Positions 1-12,647 are shown, counted from the stretch's first letter. The stretch is 55,049 nucleotides of DNA from Candidatus Woesebacteria bacterium GW2011_GWB1_33_38 (GCA_000990005.1 LBPF01000006.1:99615-154663); one strand, 5' to 3'. A program made the numbers and translations. Notes: generated by a model not told the origin, from the sequence alone.

Positions 1-76
1 AAAATGATGTCGTGGAGTAAATGTGTCATATAGATATATTAAATCTGTAGCTATCAATTTGCAAGATGGAAACGAT

Positions 77-99
77 ACAACAAGGTGTCACCTTGTTGT
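77..99. repeat. REP-like palindrome copy 1
   Basis: ACAACAAGGTG-T-CACCTTGTTGT, perfect 11-bp arms, abuts RAYT stop codon. Confidence 0.9.
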
Positions 100-746
100 T
101 ACAAAAGTATCTCATATTGTGGCATGTCTTGCTTATATTTTTCAACAAACTGCTTATAAGAGGTTATTTTGTGATATTTAATGTATGAACTTTTGTTAAA
201 TTCTCGAAATATGATGTTTTTATCTAACCAGATTGTATTTGTTAACTTTAAGTAATCTGAATATGATGAATGGAAATTAATTAACTTCTTACCATCAACT
301 ATTCCAGATGAGTCAGCTATCGGATTTAAATGAATGTACTTAGAAACATATAAAAGATGCTCTTTATCAATTACGTTTGTAGCTTTATATGCACTTTGGA
401 AAAGTTTTCCAACGCGTTTATATTTTTTATTAAAATACATTGAATATCTGGTAAATAATGACTGGGTGAATTTTTTAATCGAATTTTTATCAATCTGCTT
501 AATAAGTAAGTGAAAATGATTAGGCATTAAACAAAATGCTAAAAGTTTAATTTCAGTATAATATTTGCCCCTAAGATCTCTGTACCGTAAGGTGTCACCT
601 TGTGGTGAAAGATACTCTTTAATGTATGACAAAAATACATTGTAGTCTTGTTCGTCTTGAAAGATAATCCTCTTTTCCACGCCTCTGTTGAATATGTGGT
701 AAATAGAGTTAGATAGATAAAATTTTATAAGGTTTCTAGAGGGCAT
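99..746 (-). CDS. REP-associated tyrosine transposase (RAYT, Y1 HUH family)
   Basis: YHIFNRG N-terminal motif, CLMPNHFHLL HUH motif, LFQ..YK and YIHLNP catalytic Tyr motif; flanked by palindromes; no tnpB. Confidence 0.9.
   Translation of the reverse strand: MPSRNLIKFYLSNSIYHIFNRGVEKRIIFQDEQDYNVFLSYIKEYLSPQGDTLRYRDLRGKYYTEIKLLAFCLMPNHFHLLIKQIDKNSIKKFTQSLFTRYSMYFNKKYKRVGKLFQSAYKATNVIDKEHLLYVSKYIHLNPIADSSGIVDGKKLINFHSSYSDYLKLTNTIWLDKNIIFREFNKSSYIKYHKITSYKQFVEKYKQDMPQYEILL
584..606. repeat. REP-like palindrome copy 2 (inside RAYT gene)
   Basis: ACCGTAAGGTG-T-CACCTTGTGGT; same AAGGTGTCACCTT core, two G-T pairs. Confidence 0.8.
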
Positions 747-762
747 GAATAAATAATATCAC

Positions 763-789
763 AAACAACAAGGTGTCACCTTGTTGTTT
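763..789. repeat. REP-like palindrome copy 3
   Basis: AAACAACAAGGTG-T-CACCTTGTTGTTT just upstream of RAYT start. Confidence 0.9.
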
Positions 790-838
790 TGTAATCCCAA
801 ATTTGCAATATGGAAAAATGATATTAAAATAAGATTTA

Positions 839-1030
839 ATGAACGAACAGGAATTAAGAAAGCGAGCTGACAACATAACAGCTGAGGGTATTTTAAGAAT
901 TAGTGAAAAGACGGGCAAAAGTATAGATGAAATAATTAGAGAACAGATCAAAAAGTTTAAGGATCGTGGTCAAATGGAAGAACATATCGAACGTTTAGAA
1001 AAACCTTTAAAAAATGATTCTGATTCTTAA
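839..1030 (+). CDS. small hypothetical protein
   Basis: 63-aa charged ORF filling the gap between RAYT and gyrB. Confidence 0.55.
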   Translation: MNEQELRKRADNITAEGILRISEKTGKSIDEIIREQIKKFKDRGQMEEHIERLEKPLKNDSDS

Positions 1031-1031
1031 A

Positions 1032-3492
<2,461 letters not shown>

Positions 3493-3522
3493 ATTATTAT
3501 CTAACTATGATATCATGAATTA

Positions 3523-5238
3523 ATGCCTAATACTGCCCCTACTGGTAATAATCTTGCAGATATTCTTTCATCTATGGGAGTTTTGACCAAAGAAATTTCA
3601 GAACAAGTTAAGATGGCTGAAGTTCAATATGGAACCAGACAGGAAGATATCATTAAAAAACAAAACTTAGTATCCAATGAAAATTTGGTTAAAGCTAAAG
3701 CCATATTGTTTAATATTCCATATCTGGATATTTCAAGTTCACCAAATTCTCCCGAGGCTATGTCAATTTTATCGCAGGAGGTAGCAGTTAAGTTTAAAGT
3801 CTTTCCTGTTTCAGTTGATAAACAATTAAAAATTTTAACTTTAGCTATGGCCGACCCTATGGATCTTTCTGCTATAGAATTTGTAGAAGGAAAAACAAAT
3901 TTAAGAGTTAAACCTGTTGCTTCAGAAGAAGAAAAGATTTTGGACAATATCACAACTAGATACGCCACCTCTCTTTCGCAGGAAGTTACTGAGGCATTAA
4001 AAGATGTTGCACCTGACAGAAAAGTTACACCTGCAGTAAATTATAAGATTGGTTTCATTAGAGAAGAAAAGATAGCAGAAATAGTCAGCCATATTTTGGA
4101 ATTTGCTGTAAAATCTCGTTCATCAGATATTCATATCGAACCTCAAGAAAAATCAACAAGAGTTAGATACAGAATAGACGGTATTTTGCAAGAAAAGTTG
4201 ACTATCCCTAGAGAACTTCATGACTCATTAACTTCCAGAATTAAAATTCTTTGTGGCATGAAAATTGATGAAAAAAGAATTCCACAAGATGGAAGATTTA
4301 ATTTTAAGGCCAATAATGAAGATACTGATCTTCGTGTTAGTTCTCTTCCTACTTCTTGGGGTGAGAAAATTGTTATGAGGTTACTTAAAAAAACAGGTGG
4401 TGTACCCGATTTACCTGAATTAGGACTTCGAGGTATAGCCATTAAAAATCTTCAGGATGCAATTCTAAGGCCCCACGGAATTATCTTAATTTGTGGACCT
4501 ACAGGTTCTGGAAAAACAACTACACTTTATTCAATTATTTCTCGTGTCAATACTCCTAAGGTTAATATTGTGACATTAGAGGACCCAATTGAATATAAGA
4601 TGGCAGGTGTTAATCAGGTTCAAATTAATCCAAATGTCGGTTTAACTTTTGCTTCAGGACTTAAATCATTTTTGAGACAGGACCCCAATATAATTCTTGT
4701 AGGGGAAATTAGAGACCAAGAAACAGCAGACTTAGCTGTTCAGGCGTCGTTAACAGGTCATTTGGTTTTTTCAACTCTTCATACTAATGATTCATCAGGT
4801 GCTTTACCGAGACTTCTAGATATGGGTGCAGAACCCTATCTACTTGCTTCATCAATGACGGCGATTATGGCTCAGCGCGTAACTAGAAAAATCCACGAAG
4901 ATTGTAAAGAAAGTTATTTACCTGACCCTAAAATAATTGTAGATATGAAGGAAATATTGGGACCACTTTGGCCCCAATCACTTCAAGATGTTAAACTTTA
5001 CAAAGGTAAGGGTTGTCAAGAATGTGGTAATTCTGGATATTACGGTAGAATAGGCATTTTTGAGGTCTTGCCAGTTAGTGATGGAATAAGTAAACTAATA
5101 TTAGAGCGTTCCCCTGCGTCGGCTATCGAGAAAAAAGCTAAAGAAGAAGGAATGGTGACATTAAAGCAAGATGGTTACTTAAAGGTTTTAGATGGGTTGA
5201 CAACGATTGAGGAAATCTTAAGGGTTGCTCAAGAATAA
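3523..5238 (+). CDS. pilB: type IV pilus assembly ATPase PilB/GspE
   Basis: SDIHIEP, GPTGSGKTTT, LRQDPN, TGHLVFSTLH; N-terminal T2SSE_N region. Confidence 0.95.
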   Translation: MPNTAPTGNNLADILSSMGVLTKEISEQVKMAEVQYGTRQEDIIKKQNLVSNENLVKAKAILFNIPYLDISSSPNSPEAMSILSQEVAVKFKVFPVSVDKQLKILTLAMADPMDLSAIEFVEGKTNLRVKPVASEEEKILDNITTRYATSLSQEVTEALKDVAPDRKVTPAVNYKIGFIREEKIAEIVSHILEFAVKSRSSDIHIEPQEKSTRVRYRIDGILQEKLTIPRELHDSLTSRIKILCGMKIDEKRIPQDGRFNFKANNEDTDLRVSSLPTSWGEKIVMRLLKKTGGVPDLPELGLRGIAIKNLQDAILRPHGIILICGPTGSGKTTTLYSIISRVNTPKVNIVTLEDPIEYKMAGVNQVQINPNVGLTFASGLKSFLRQDPNIILVGEIRDQETADLAVQASLTGHLVFSTLHTNDSSGALPRLLDMGAEPYLLASSMTAIMAQRVTRKIHEDCKESYLPDPKIIVDMKEILGPLWPQSLQDVKLYKGKGCQECGNSGYYGRIGIFEVLPVSDGISKLILERSPASAIEKKAKEEGMVTLKQDGYLKVLDGLTTIEEILRVAQE

Positions 5239-5249
5239 GCAAAAATATC

Positions 5250-6314
5250 ATGATTGATGTAAATAATTTATTACAACAAACGATTGAATTGAATGCGTCT
5301 GACCTTCATTTAATTGTTGGTTCTCCCCCTACTATTAGAATTGAAGGAGAATTAAAAGTTCTAGCTAACTCTGGTATCCTTACCCCTGAGAATATTTTGG
5401 AAGGTTTAAAACAAACATTAACAGGTGAACAGTTTGAACGACTAAATGTTAATAAAGAAATCGATTTCTCATTATCTTTTTCTGAAAAAGCTAGGTTTAG
5501 GGTTAACGCTTATACCCAAAAAGGGTCTTTAGCTGTAGCATTTAGAAGTATCCCCTTAATAATTCCAGAAATTGAAAATTTAGGACTTCCAAAAATTGTT
5601 CATAATTTTACTAATTTAAGACAAGGTTTAGTTTTAGTAACAGGACCGACAGGACATGGGAAATCAACAACATTGGCAGCAATTTTAAATGAAATAAATA
5701 AAACTAGATCGTGTCACATCGTTACAATTGAAGATCCTATTGAATTCTTATTTAAACCGATAAGATCAATTATCTCACAACGTGAGATGCGAAGTGATAC
5801 CCATTCTTGGCAGGTTGCACTTCGGTCGGTTTTGCGTGAGGATCCTGACGTTGTTTTGATTGGTGAGATGAGGGATTTTGAAACAATTGCTTCAGCTATA
5901 ACCATTGCTGAGACTGGACATTTGGTTTTTGCTACACTTCACACAAATTCTGCGGCACAAACCGTTGATCGTATTGTTGATGTTTTTCCCGAAGAACAAC
6001 AATCTCAAGTCAGACTTCAATTATCGTCAGTTTTAGAAGCAGTATTTTCTCAAAGACTTGTTTCAGCAATTCCTAAAGGTAGAGTTGTTGCACACGAAAT
6101 TATGTTAGGTACAACAGCGATTAAAACTGCAATTCGAGAAGGCAAAACACATCAAATTGATTCCATAATTCAAACTTCTCTTGAAGTGGGGATGTTCACA
6201 CTAGAACATTCATTAGCTTCACTAGTAAAAACTAATAAAATTAGTCTGGAAATTGCTCAGAGTTGGTCAGTTAGACCAGAAGAATTAAATAGGCTAATTA
6301 GAGGATCAATATAA
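5250..6314 (+). CDS. pilT: type IV pilus retraction ATPase
   Basis: ASDLHL, GPTGHGKSTT, LREDPD, AIREGK motif. Confidence 0.95.
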   Translation: MIDVNNLLQQTIELNASDLHLIVGSPPTIRIEGELKVLANSGILTPENILEGLKQTLTGEQFERLNVNKEIDFSLSFSEKARFRVNAYTQKGSLAVAFRSIPLIIPEIENLGLPKIVHNFTNLRQGLVLVTGPTGHGKSTTLAAILNEINKTRSCHIVTIEDPIEFLFKPIRSIISQREMRSDTHSWQVALRSVLREDPDVVLIGEMRDFETIASAITIAETGHLVFATLHTNSAAQTVDRIVDVFPEEQQSQVRLQLSSVLEAVFSQRLVSAIPKGRVVAHEIMLGTTAIKTAIREGKTHQIDSIIQTSLEVGMFTLEHSLASLVKTNKISLEIAQSWSVRPEELNRLIRGSI

Positions 6315-6326
6315 TGATTTTATAAA

Positions 6327-7532
6327 ATGAAGAGATTCAATTTTAAAGCTAAAGATAAAAATGGCAAAGTTGTTACAGGTGAAGTTGAGGCAGGAAATGA
6401 GAGTCAAGCTGCAAGGTTGGTAAGAGGCAAGGGTCTTTTGGTTTTATCAATCAAAAAAACTATTGAAAATCCAATCAACTTAATTAAAAAGTTTAAAGAT
6501 AGGATAACAACAAACGATGTTTCTACCTTTACAAGACAGTTTGCCACAATGGTTGCGGCAGGACTTCCAATTACTGAGTCTTTAATTATTCTCAAAAGTC
6601 AATCAAAAAGTTCAATGGGAAAAGTTGTTTCTCAAATTTTAGCTGATGTGGAGGGAGGAGAATCAATGTCCAAGGCTTTTTTGAAACACCCCACTGTTTT
6701 CTCCCCTACATATATTGCTCTTGTAAAATCAGGAGAAGCTGGCGGTGTTTTAGACACTGTACTTGTGAGATTGGCTGATTCACTCGAAAAACAGCAGGAA
6801 TTTAAAGGAAAAGTAAAAGGTGCTTTGATTTATCCAACCATTATTATCATTGGAATGGTAATTGTTGCTTTTATCATGATGATCTTTGTCATTCCTCGTT
6901 TAACCTCACTTTATTCAGAATTTAATGCTGAATTACCACTTCCCACAAGAATATTGATAGGAATATCAGATGCAGTTATCAAATACTGGCCTATTACCCT
7001 ATCTCTTGTTGCTGGGGGTTTGTACACATTTCAAGCTTACAGAAAAACAAAAGCAGGAAGAATTAAAACGGATGAAATAGCTTTTAAAATCCCAATTATT
7101 GGAGAACTTTCAAAGGAAGTTATTTTAACGGAATTAACAAGCACTCTATCATTAATGGTAGGTGCGGGTGTCTCAATTTTGGAAGGATTAAATATTACAT
7201 CAGAGGTTGTAAGTAATGTTGTAATTGGAAACGCCTTAAAAGATGTTAGTCACCAAGTTGAAAGAGGTTTTCCTGTTTCATTTGCTTTTGCAAAACACCC
7301 TGACGCTTTCCCTTTTATACTTTCTCAAATGGTCGCAGTTGGAGAAGAGACAGGAAAAATGGAGGAAGTTCTCTCAAAAGTAAGTCATGTTTTTGAAGTT
7401 GAATCTGATCAAAAAGTAAAAAGTTTGACCGCAGCAGTAGAACCAATTGTCATGGTAATTTTAGGTCTTGGGGTTGGTTTCTTGGTTATTGCAATCATAT
7501 TGCCGATATACAACTTGACTAGTCAATTTTAA
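6327..7532 (+). CDS. pilC: type IV pilus platform protein PilC/GspF
   Basis: two T2SSF repeats (GEAGG, VGEETG), three TM segments, operon context. Confidence 0.95.
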   Translation: MKRFNFKAKDKNGKVVTGEVEAGNESQAARLVRGKGLLVLSIKKTIENPINLIKKFKDRITTNDVSTFTRQFATMVAAGLPITESLIILKSQSKSSMGKVVSQILADVEGGESMSKAFLKHPTVFSPTYIALVKSGEAGGVLDTVLVRLADSLEKQQEFKGKVKGALIYPTIIIIGMVIVAFIMMIFVIPRLTSLYSEFNAELPLPTRILIGISDAVIKYWPITLSLVAGGLYTFQAYRKTKAGRIKTDEIAFKIPIIGELSKEVILTELTSTLSLMVGAGVSILEGLNITSEVVSNVVIGNALKDVSHQVERGFPVSFAFAKHPDAFPFILSQMVAVGEETGKMEEVLSKVSHVFEVESDQKVKSLTAAVEPIVMVILGLGVGFLVIAIILPIYNLTSQF

Positions 7533-7568
7533 TGGTTCATATTTAACATAGACGGGAGGTGAATTAAT

Positions 7569-8180
7569 ATAATAAAAACGCTACGTGATAAAACTTTAAA
7601 AAATATAAAAGCTTTTACACTTGTTGAACTTTTGATAGTCATAGGACTCTTAGGAGCAATTGCCTTAATTGTTATTGCTGCTATTAATCCTATAGAACAA
7701 GCCAACCGTGCAAGAGATACAAGGTTTAAAGCAGATGCTGGACAACTTATTTCAGCAATTGATAGATATTTTGCAGCCAATAATGAATTTCCTTGGATGA
7801 CAGAGACCTCCTCATTAACTGCAGATTCTGCATTAACATTTGTCAGTGCAGCCACTAGCAGTATTGGCCTTTGTCTTGCTGGTGCTAATTGCCCAGGTGA
7901 TGGTTATCTTATTTCCACAAATGAACTCAAAACCGAGTTTAGGAATAGAGATTTTATAGACGCTACTACGGCAATGGAAAAGATATGGGTAGGTAAGGCT
8001 GCTGGAGCTTCTGCTTCAGTTTATGCCTGTTATGTACCACTTTCAAAGTCAGAAAGAGCTAAATCTGAAAATTTAGTCAATTTGACCTTTGATTCGACGA
8101 CGGGCGCACCTACTACATGTACTGCACCTACAGGAACATGGACAGACGTAAATTCATGTTATGTATGTTTACCTCAATAA
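7569..8180 (+). CDS. probable major type IV pilin (non-canonical start)
   Basis: in-frame KA|FTLVELLIVIGLL at 7608-7652 upstream of the ORF-track start; strong GGAGGTG SD at 7555-7561; no in-frame ATG/GTG/TTG, so ATA 7569 inferred. Confidence 0.8.
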   Translation: MIKTLRDKTLKNIKAFTLVELLIVIGLLGAIALIVIAAINPIEQANRARDTRFKADAGQLISAIDRYFAANNEFPWMTETSSLTADSALTFVSAATSSIGLCLAGANCPGDGYLISTNELKTEFRNRDFIDATTAMEKIWVGKAAGASASVYACYVPLSKSERAKSENLVNLTFDSTTGAPTTCTAPTGTWTDVNSCYVCLPQ

Positions 8181-8189
8181 TGTAAGTAT

Positions 8190-8870
8190 ATGGAATTGTT
8201 CCTACTTACATTATTAGGGTTGGTTTTAGGATCTTTTATAAGTGCAATTACTTATAGAATTCCAAGAGGTTTGGGATTTATAAAAGGTAGGTCTTTTTGT
8301 GATAATTGTAAAAAGAGCCTCAGTTGGTTTGACAATATACCCTTGTTTTCTTTTTTGTGGTATAGGGGAAATTCTCGTTGTTGTAATCAAAAGATCTCAA
8401 TTCGTTATCCACTAATCGAAATCGCATCGGTTTTGGGTATTATTTTTTTATATCCTAATTTTGTTTTAATTCTTTTATTTTTATTAACTTTTAGTATTTT
8501 AATTATTGATATTGAGCATCAAATTATTCCAGATGAGTTGAGTTGGTTAGTTTTGTTTTTTAGTTTACTATCTCCTATCTCCTATCCCCTATTCTCTAGT
8601 CTCTTTGCTGGTTTTTTCTCATCTTTATTACTTTTAACTTTATATCTTATAACTCGTGGCAAAGGTATGGGCTTGGGAGATGTTAAGCTGTCTATAGCTC
8701 TGGGTATGTGGCTGGGTGTAGAGAAAAGTATGACTTGGCTAATGACAGCCTTTATAATAGGTGGAATTGTTGCGGGAGTATTGCTATTATTAAAAAGGGC
8801 AAATTTAAAAACTAAAATTGCTTTTGGTCCATTTTTAATTATTGCCTTTTGGATAGTTTTATTAATATGA
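8190..8870 (+). CDS. pilD: prepilin peptidase (A24)
   Basis: GSF...YRIP, RSFCDNC zinc motif, DIEHQIIPD, GMGLGDVK, AFGPFL. Confidence 0.95.
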   Translation: MELFLLTLLGLVLGSFISAITYRIPRGLGFIKGRSFCDNCKKSLSWFDNIPLFSFLWYRGNSRCCNQKISIRYPLIEIASVLGIIFLYPNFVLILLFLLTFSILIIDIEHQIIPDELSWLVLFFSLLSPISYPLFSSLFAGFFSSLLLLTLYLITRGKGMGLGDVKLSIALGMWLGVEKSMTWLMTAFIIGGIVAGVLLLLKRANLKTKIAFGPFLIIAFWIVLLI

Positions 8871-9442
8871 AAAAAGGTATGACCTTGACTGAAATTTTAA
8901 TAGTTGTCTCAATTATTGCTTTTTTGTTTGTACTTGTTACTGCATATCTTCGCACTCAGGTATTTAAAGGTAATGATGCAAAAAGGAAGTCTGATTTAAA
9001 TAGACTAAGTATTGCTTTGGAAGAATATGAAAAAGATAATAATTGTTATCCGCCCTCAAATCTTATTACGTGTGACCCTGGAACAAATCTTCAACCTTAT
9101 TTAAATAAAATTCCATGCGATCCAACAACTGAAGAATCGTATTCATACGAAGTAGATATTTCTAATCCTACCTGCCCAAAATGGTATAGAATATATTCAA
9201 AATTAGAAAATGAAGAAGATTCTGATTATATTGCCAATATTGGGCCAAGTTCTGAATATAGTTACTACCAAGGAAGTCCAAATGCTCCTGAGGTAGTTTC
9301 TAGTAGTGGGTCGACTGTTGAATATTTTGGCTGTTTTAGTGGTGTTTGTTCATCAATCTCAGGCCCAATTTGTGAACCAAATTATCAAATATCAAACTGT
9401 AATGGCCAATGCTCTTTGCTTATTAATGAGTGTGTTAATTAA
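8867..9442 (+). CDS. type IV prepilin-like protein
   Basis: KKG|MTLTEIL leader, DAKRKSDL; Cys-rich C-terminus. Confidence 0.9.
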   Translation: MKKGMTLTEILIVVSIIAFLFVLVTAYLRTQVFKGNDAKRKSDLNRLSIALEEYEKDNNCYPPSNLITCDPGTNLQPYLNKIPCDPTTEESYSYEVDISNPTCPKWYRIYSKLENEEDSDYIANIGPSSEYSYYQGSPNAPEVVSSSGSTVEYFGCFSGVCSSISGPICEPNYQISNCNGQCSLLINECVN

Positions 9443-9445
9443 GTA

Positions 9446-9937
9446 ATGAAATTCTTTACAAAAATTGAATTAAAAGGTATTTTAATAATTTTTATCATTT
9501 TGTTTGGGTTGACGGGAATCAATATTAGCGCTTCTCTCAGAAAGGGCAGAGATGCTACTCGTAAAAATGATTTAGCAGTAATGCAAAAGGCAATTGATAC
9601 TTTTTACCAAAAATATAGAGAGTTCCCTAAATCAACTGCTGACGGCAGAATTATTGGTTGTTTTAATGAAGATCCTGTATTAGATAGAGATACAGGGTTT
9701 GCTTTAAATACAGTTCCTTGTGATTGGGGAATTTCGACTTTTGAGAACATTAAAATAATGACCAGAGATCCAAAATCTGTAGACGGATTTAGTTATCTTT
9801 ATATTTCTGATGGAAAAGAATATGAACTGTATGTATCTCTTGAGGGTAAAAATGAACCCGAGTACTCTGAACTTATTAAAGTAAAAAACTTGCAATGTGG
9901 TAATAAAATATGCAATTATGGTAGATGGAGCGATTAA
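9446..9937 (+). CDS. type IV prepilin-like protein (degenerate leader)
   Basis: FTKIE + hydrophobic helix, RDATRKNDL. Confidence 0.75.
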   Translation: MKFFTKIELKGILIIFIILFGLTGINISASLRKGRDATRKNDLAVMQKAIDTFYQKYREFPKSTADGRIIGCFNEDPVLDRDTGFALNTVPCDWGISTFENIKIMTRDPKSVDGFSYLYISDGKEYELYVSLEGKNEPEYSELIKVKNLQCGNKICNYGRWSD

Positions 9938-9941
9938 AATA

Positions 9942-10388
9942 ATGAAGAATGGTTTTACTTTAGTTGAACTTCTTGTGGTAATGGCAATTATTGGAGTTTT
10001 GGTTGCCTTAGGTGCTTCAAATTTTAGAACTGCGCAAATGAGGGGGAGAGATACTCAGAGGAAATCTGACTTGAAGCAAATAAGCCACTCCCTTGAACTT
10101 TATTATGCCGATTACGGTCATTACCCTGCCACAAATTTAGTTACTGCTGGTAGCGAATTTACTGATGGTAAAACTACTTATTTTAAATCAGTTCCCGATG
10201 ACCCATCCATAAATCAAAATTATGTCTATAGACTTGTACCATCTGCTCCTACTCAGAAATATCAACTTTTTGCCAAATTGGAAAATAGTCAAGATCAAGA
10301 TTTAGTTACAGGTTTAACTCAATCATGTGGTGCTGGAGCAACTTGTAACTTTGCAATCACTAGTGCAAACACCAATGCTAGTGAATAG
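9942..10388 (+). CDS. type IV prepilin (GspG-like)
   Basis: KNG|FTLVELL, RDTQRKSDL. Confidence 0.9.
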   Translation: MKNGFTLVELLVVMAIIGVLVALGASNFRTAQMRGRDTQRKSDLKQISHSLELYYADYGHYPATNLVTAGSEFTDGKTTYFKSVPDDPSINQNYVYRLVPSAPTQKYQLFAKLENSQDQDLVTGLTQSCGAGATCNFAITSANTNASE

Positions 10389-10414
10389 TGATATGATATA
10401 AAGTGATAAGTAAA

Positions 10415-10837
10415 ATGAAAATACGAAAAGGGTTTACATTGATTGAGTTACTAGTAGTAGTTTCTTTAATTGGAATTTTGGCAACTTTGGTTATTGCCAA
10501 TATGAATTCTGCAAGAGAAAGGGCAAGAGATGCGCAGAGAAAGTCAGATCTTCGAAACATTCAAACAGCGCTTCGACTTTATTATAACGACGAAGGAAAT
10601 TATCCACTTAAAGCCGTCGTTGATGCTGTTTGGGGTACAACTTGGACAGGTACGGGAGGATCAGTTTATATGAATTTATTGCCTATTGACCCCCTCTCCC
10701 CTGCCCAGGATTATGTTTACACTTATATTGATTTTGACAACTATATTTTAAAAGCCTGTCTGGAAAATAAGAGCGATGACAAGGGAGTGGTGGATGGTAC
10801 TTGTCCAAGTGGATACAAATATGAAGTCAAACCATAA
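10415..10837 (+). CDS. type IV prepilin (GspG-like)
   Basis: RKG|FTLIELL, RDAQRKSDL. Confidence 0.9.
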   Translation: MKIRKGFTLIELLVVVSLIGILATLVIANMNSARERARDAQRKSDLRNIQTALRLYYNDEGNYPLKAVVDAVWGTTWTGTGGSVYMNLLPIDPLSPAQDYVYTYIDFDNYILKACLENKSDDKGVVDGTCPSGYKYEVKP

Positions 10838-10877
10838 TAAAATTAATAATTAAGAATTAATAGTTAAAAATTAAAAA

Positions 10878-11351
10878 ATGAACAAGAAATCATCAAATCT
10901 TAACATTAGGCTTTTAGCTATTAACTCTGGTTTTACCCTCATTGAAATGTTGGTTGTTATTTCTTTAATAGGGATTTTAGCCGCTCTTGCTCTTGTATCT
11001 TTTACAGCATCTCAGAAACAAGCCCGTGATGTTACTCGAAAGTCAGATTTAAAACAGTATCAAACTTCATTAGAAAATTATGCAAATAAAAATAATGGAA
11101 ATTATCCAATTTCTGCATCTACTCCCCTTTCCTCAGGGGCAGTATGTACAGCATTGGCAATAGGTACTTGTCCTGCTGATCCAAAAGACATTTCTCCACT
11201 TCAATATCGCTATATTAGCGATGGTCTTAAATATGTTATATGGGGAGGTCTTGAGAATAAAACACCGACAGTTTATTGGGTAGTTTGTTCAACTGGGAAA
11301 ATTGGAGAAAAGACAGGATCAGCACCTAGTTCATCAACATGCCCAATATGA
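10878..11351 (+). CDS. type IV prepilin
   Basis: NSG|FTLIEML, RDVTRKSDL. Confidence 0.9.
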   Translation: MNKKSSNLNIRLLAINSGFTLIEMLVVISLIGILAALALVSFTASQKQARDVTRKSDLKQYQTSLENYANKNNGNYPISASTPLSSGAVCTALAIGTCPADPKDISPLQYRYISDGLKYVIWGGLENKTPTVYWVVCSTGKIGEKTGSAPSSSTCPI

Positions 11352-11734
11352 TAAAAAAAGCCTTTACATTAATTGAACTATTAGTTGTTATATCAATAAT
11401 TGGAATTTTAGTGGCAGTTTCTATTTTTGGACTTTCAGGTGCAAGAGAAGCAAGTCGTGATGCAAAGAGAAAATCTGACTTAGAAACTATAAGGTCAGGT
11501 CTTGAGCTTTACAGAGCTGATTGTGGAACATATCCCATTGGTTCATCACTCCCCTCTTCACTTATTGGTACAAAAGTAACAGGAAATGTCTGTTTGACCA
11601 GTGATACATATATCACAAGTGTTCCTGTTGATCCATCAACACAATTAGCCTATATATATTCCGGCAGTGCTACTGGTTATCAAATTACTGCAACTCTAGA
11701 ACAAAGTGGTGCCTATATAGTTACTAATCCATGA
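11348..11734 (+). CDS. type IV prepilin
   Basis: KKA|FTLIELL, RDAKRKSDL. Confidence 0.9.
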   Translation: MIKKAFTLIELLVVISIIGILVAVSIFGLSGAREASRDAKRKSDLETIRSGLELYRADCGTYPIGSSLPSSLIGTKVTGNVCLTSDTYITSVPVDPSTQLAYIYSGSATGYQITATLEQSGAYIVTNP

Positions 11735-12189
11735 AGAATAAATCTGCCTACACTTTAATAGAACTTCTTGTGGGAATATCAATAATGTCAATTATTTTTT
11801 CTGTTGGTTTTGCAAGTTATAGAGATTTTTCCAGAAGACAAGCATTAACTGGTGTTACAAAAAGCATTATTTCAGATTTAAGATTATTGCAACAAAAGGC
11901 ATTATCTGGAGAAAAGCCCGATTTATGTACCGTTCTTTCGGGATATCAAATAGATATAACTTCTACAACAACTTACAATCTTCAGGCAGTTTGTTCAACT
12001 AATATTACTATAAAAACAATTGATTTGGCCGTAGATGAGGTAACTATTTCTTCTAGCTTTGACCCTATTAAATTTAAAGTTTTAGGTCAGGGAACTAATT
12101 TAACCACAGATGCAGTAATTACAATAACTAATTCTAAGATTGGTAACAGTTCAGTGATAAATGTTGGAATTGGAGGAGATATCCGTTGA
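11731..12189 (+). CDS. minor pilin (FimT/GspH-like)
   Basis: KSA|YTLIELL. Confidence 0.85.
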   Translation: MKNKSAYTLIELLVGISIMSIIFSVGFASYRDFSRRQALTGVTKSIISDLRLLQQKALSGEKPDLCTVLSGYQIDITSTTTYNLQAVCSTNITIKTIDLAVDEVTISSSFDPIKFKVLGQGTNLTTDAVITITNSKIGNSSVINVGIGGDIR

Positions 12190-12647
12190 AAGATTCAATT
12201 AAGAACTGTAAAGGTCAATCGTTATTTGAAGTTATTTTGGCCCTTTTTATTATAAGTATGATAATTGTTGCAGTTGTCATACTTTCTACAAAATCTATTT
12301 CAAATTCACTTTCTTCACGCAATAAGACACTGGCTAGTAAATATACACAGGAGTTAGTTGAGTGGTTAAGGAAACAAAAAGAAATTGATTATGGAGCGTT
12401 TAAAAATCATATAATAAGCAGTAACATTTATTGTTATAAGGATGTTTTAGACTGGTCCAATTCTGGAGCTTGCACTTCAGGAGAAACAATAGGCACAACT
12501 ATTTTTAGAAGAGAGGCGCAATTTTTAACAGAAACTGTCGCTGGTAAATCACTTATAACAGCCAATGTGGTTACGTTTTGGGATGATTCAAGAGGAATTC
12601 ATGAAGCAAAAACTGTTACATATTTTACGGATACAAGAGATCAATGA
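12186..12647 (+). CDS. minor pilin (PilV-like)
   Basis: KG|QSLFEVIL. Confidence 0.85.
   Translation: MKDSIKNCKGQSLFEVILALFIISMIIVAVVILSTKSISNSLSSRNKTLASKYTQELVEWLRKQKEIDYGAFKNHIISSNIYCYKDVLDWSNSGACTSGETIGTTIFRREAQFLTETVAGKSLITANVVTFWDDSRGIHEAKTVTYFTDTRDQ

Noticed and set aside
1-29. Start of a minus-strand gene (MTHLLHDII) at the window edge
   Set aside because: Too little sequence to identify.
99-746. IS200/IS605 element with TnpB
   Set aside because: No tnpB adjacent; protein length, motifs and flanking palindromes fit RAYT.
736-951. 71-aa minus-strand ORF containing QQGDTLL
   Set aside because: Peptide is just the REP palindrome read through; ORF is antisense to 839-1030.
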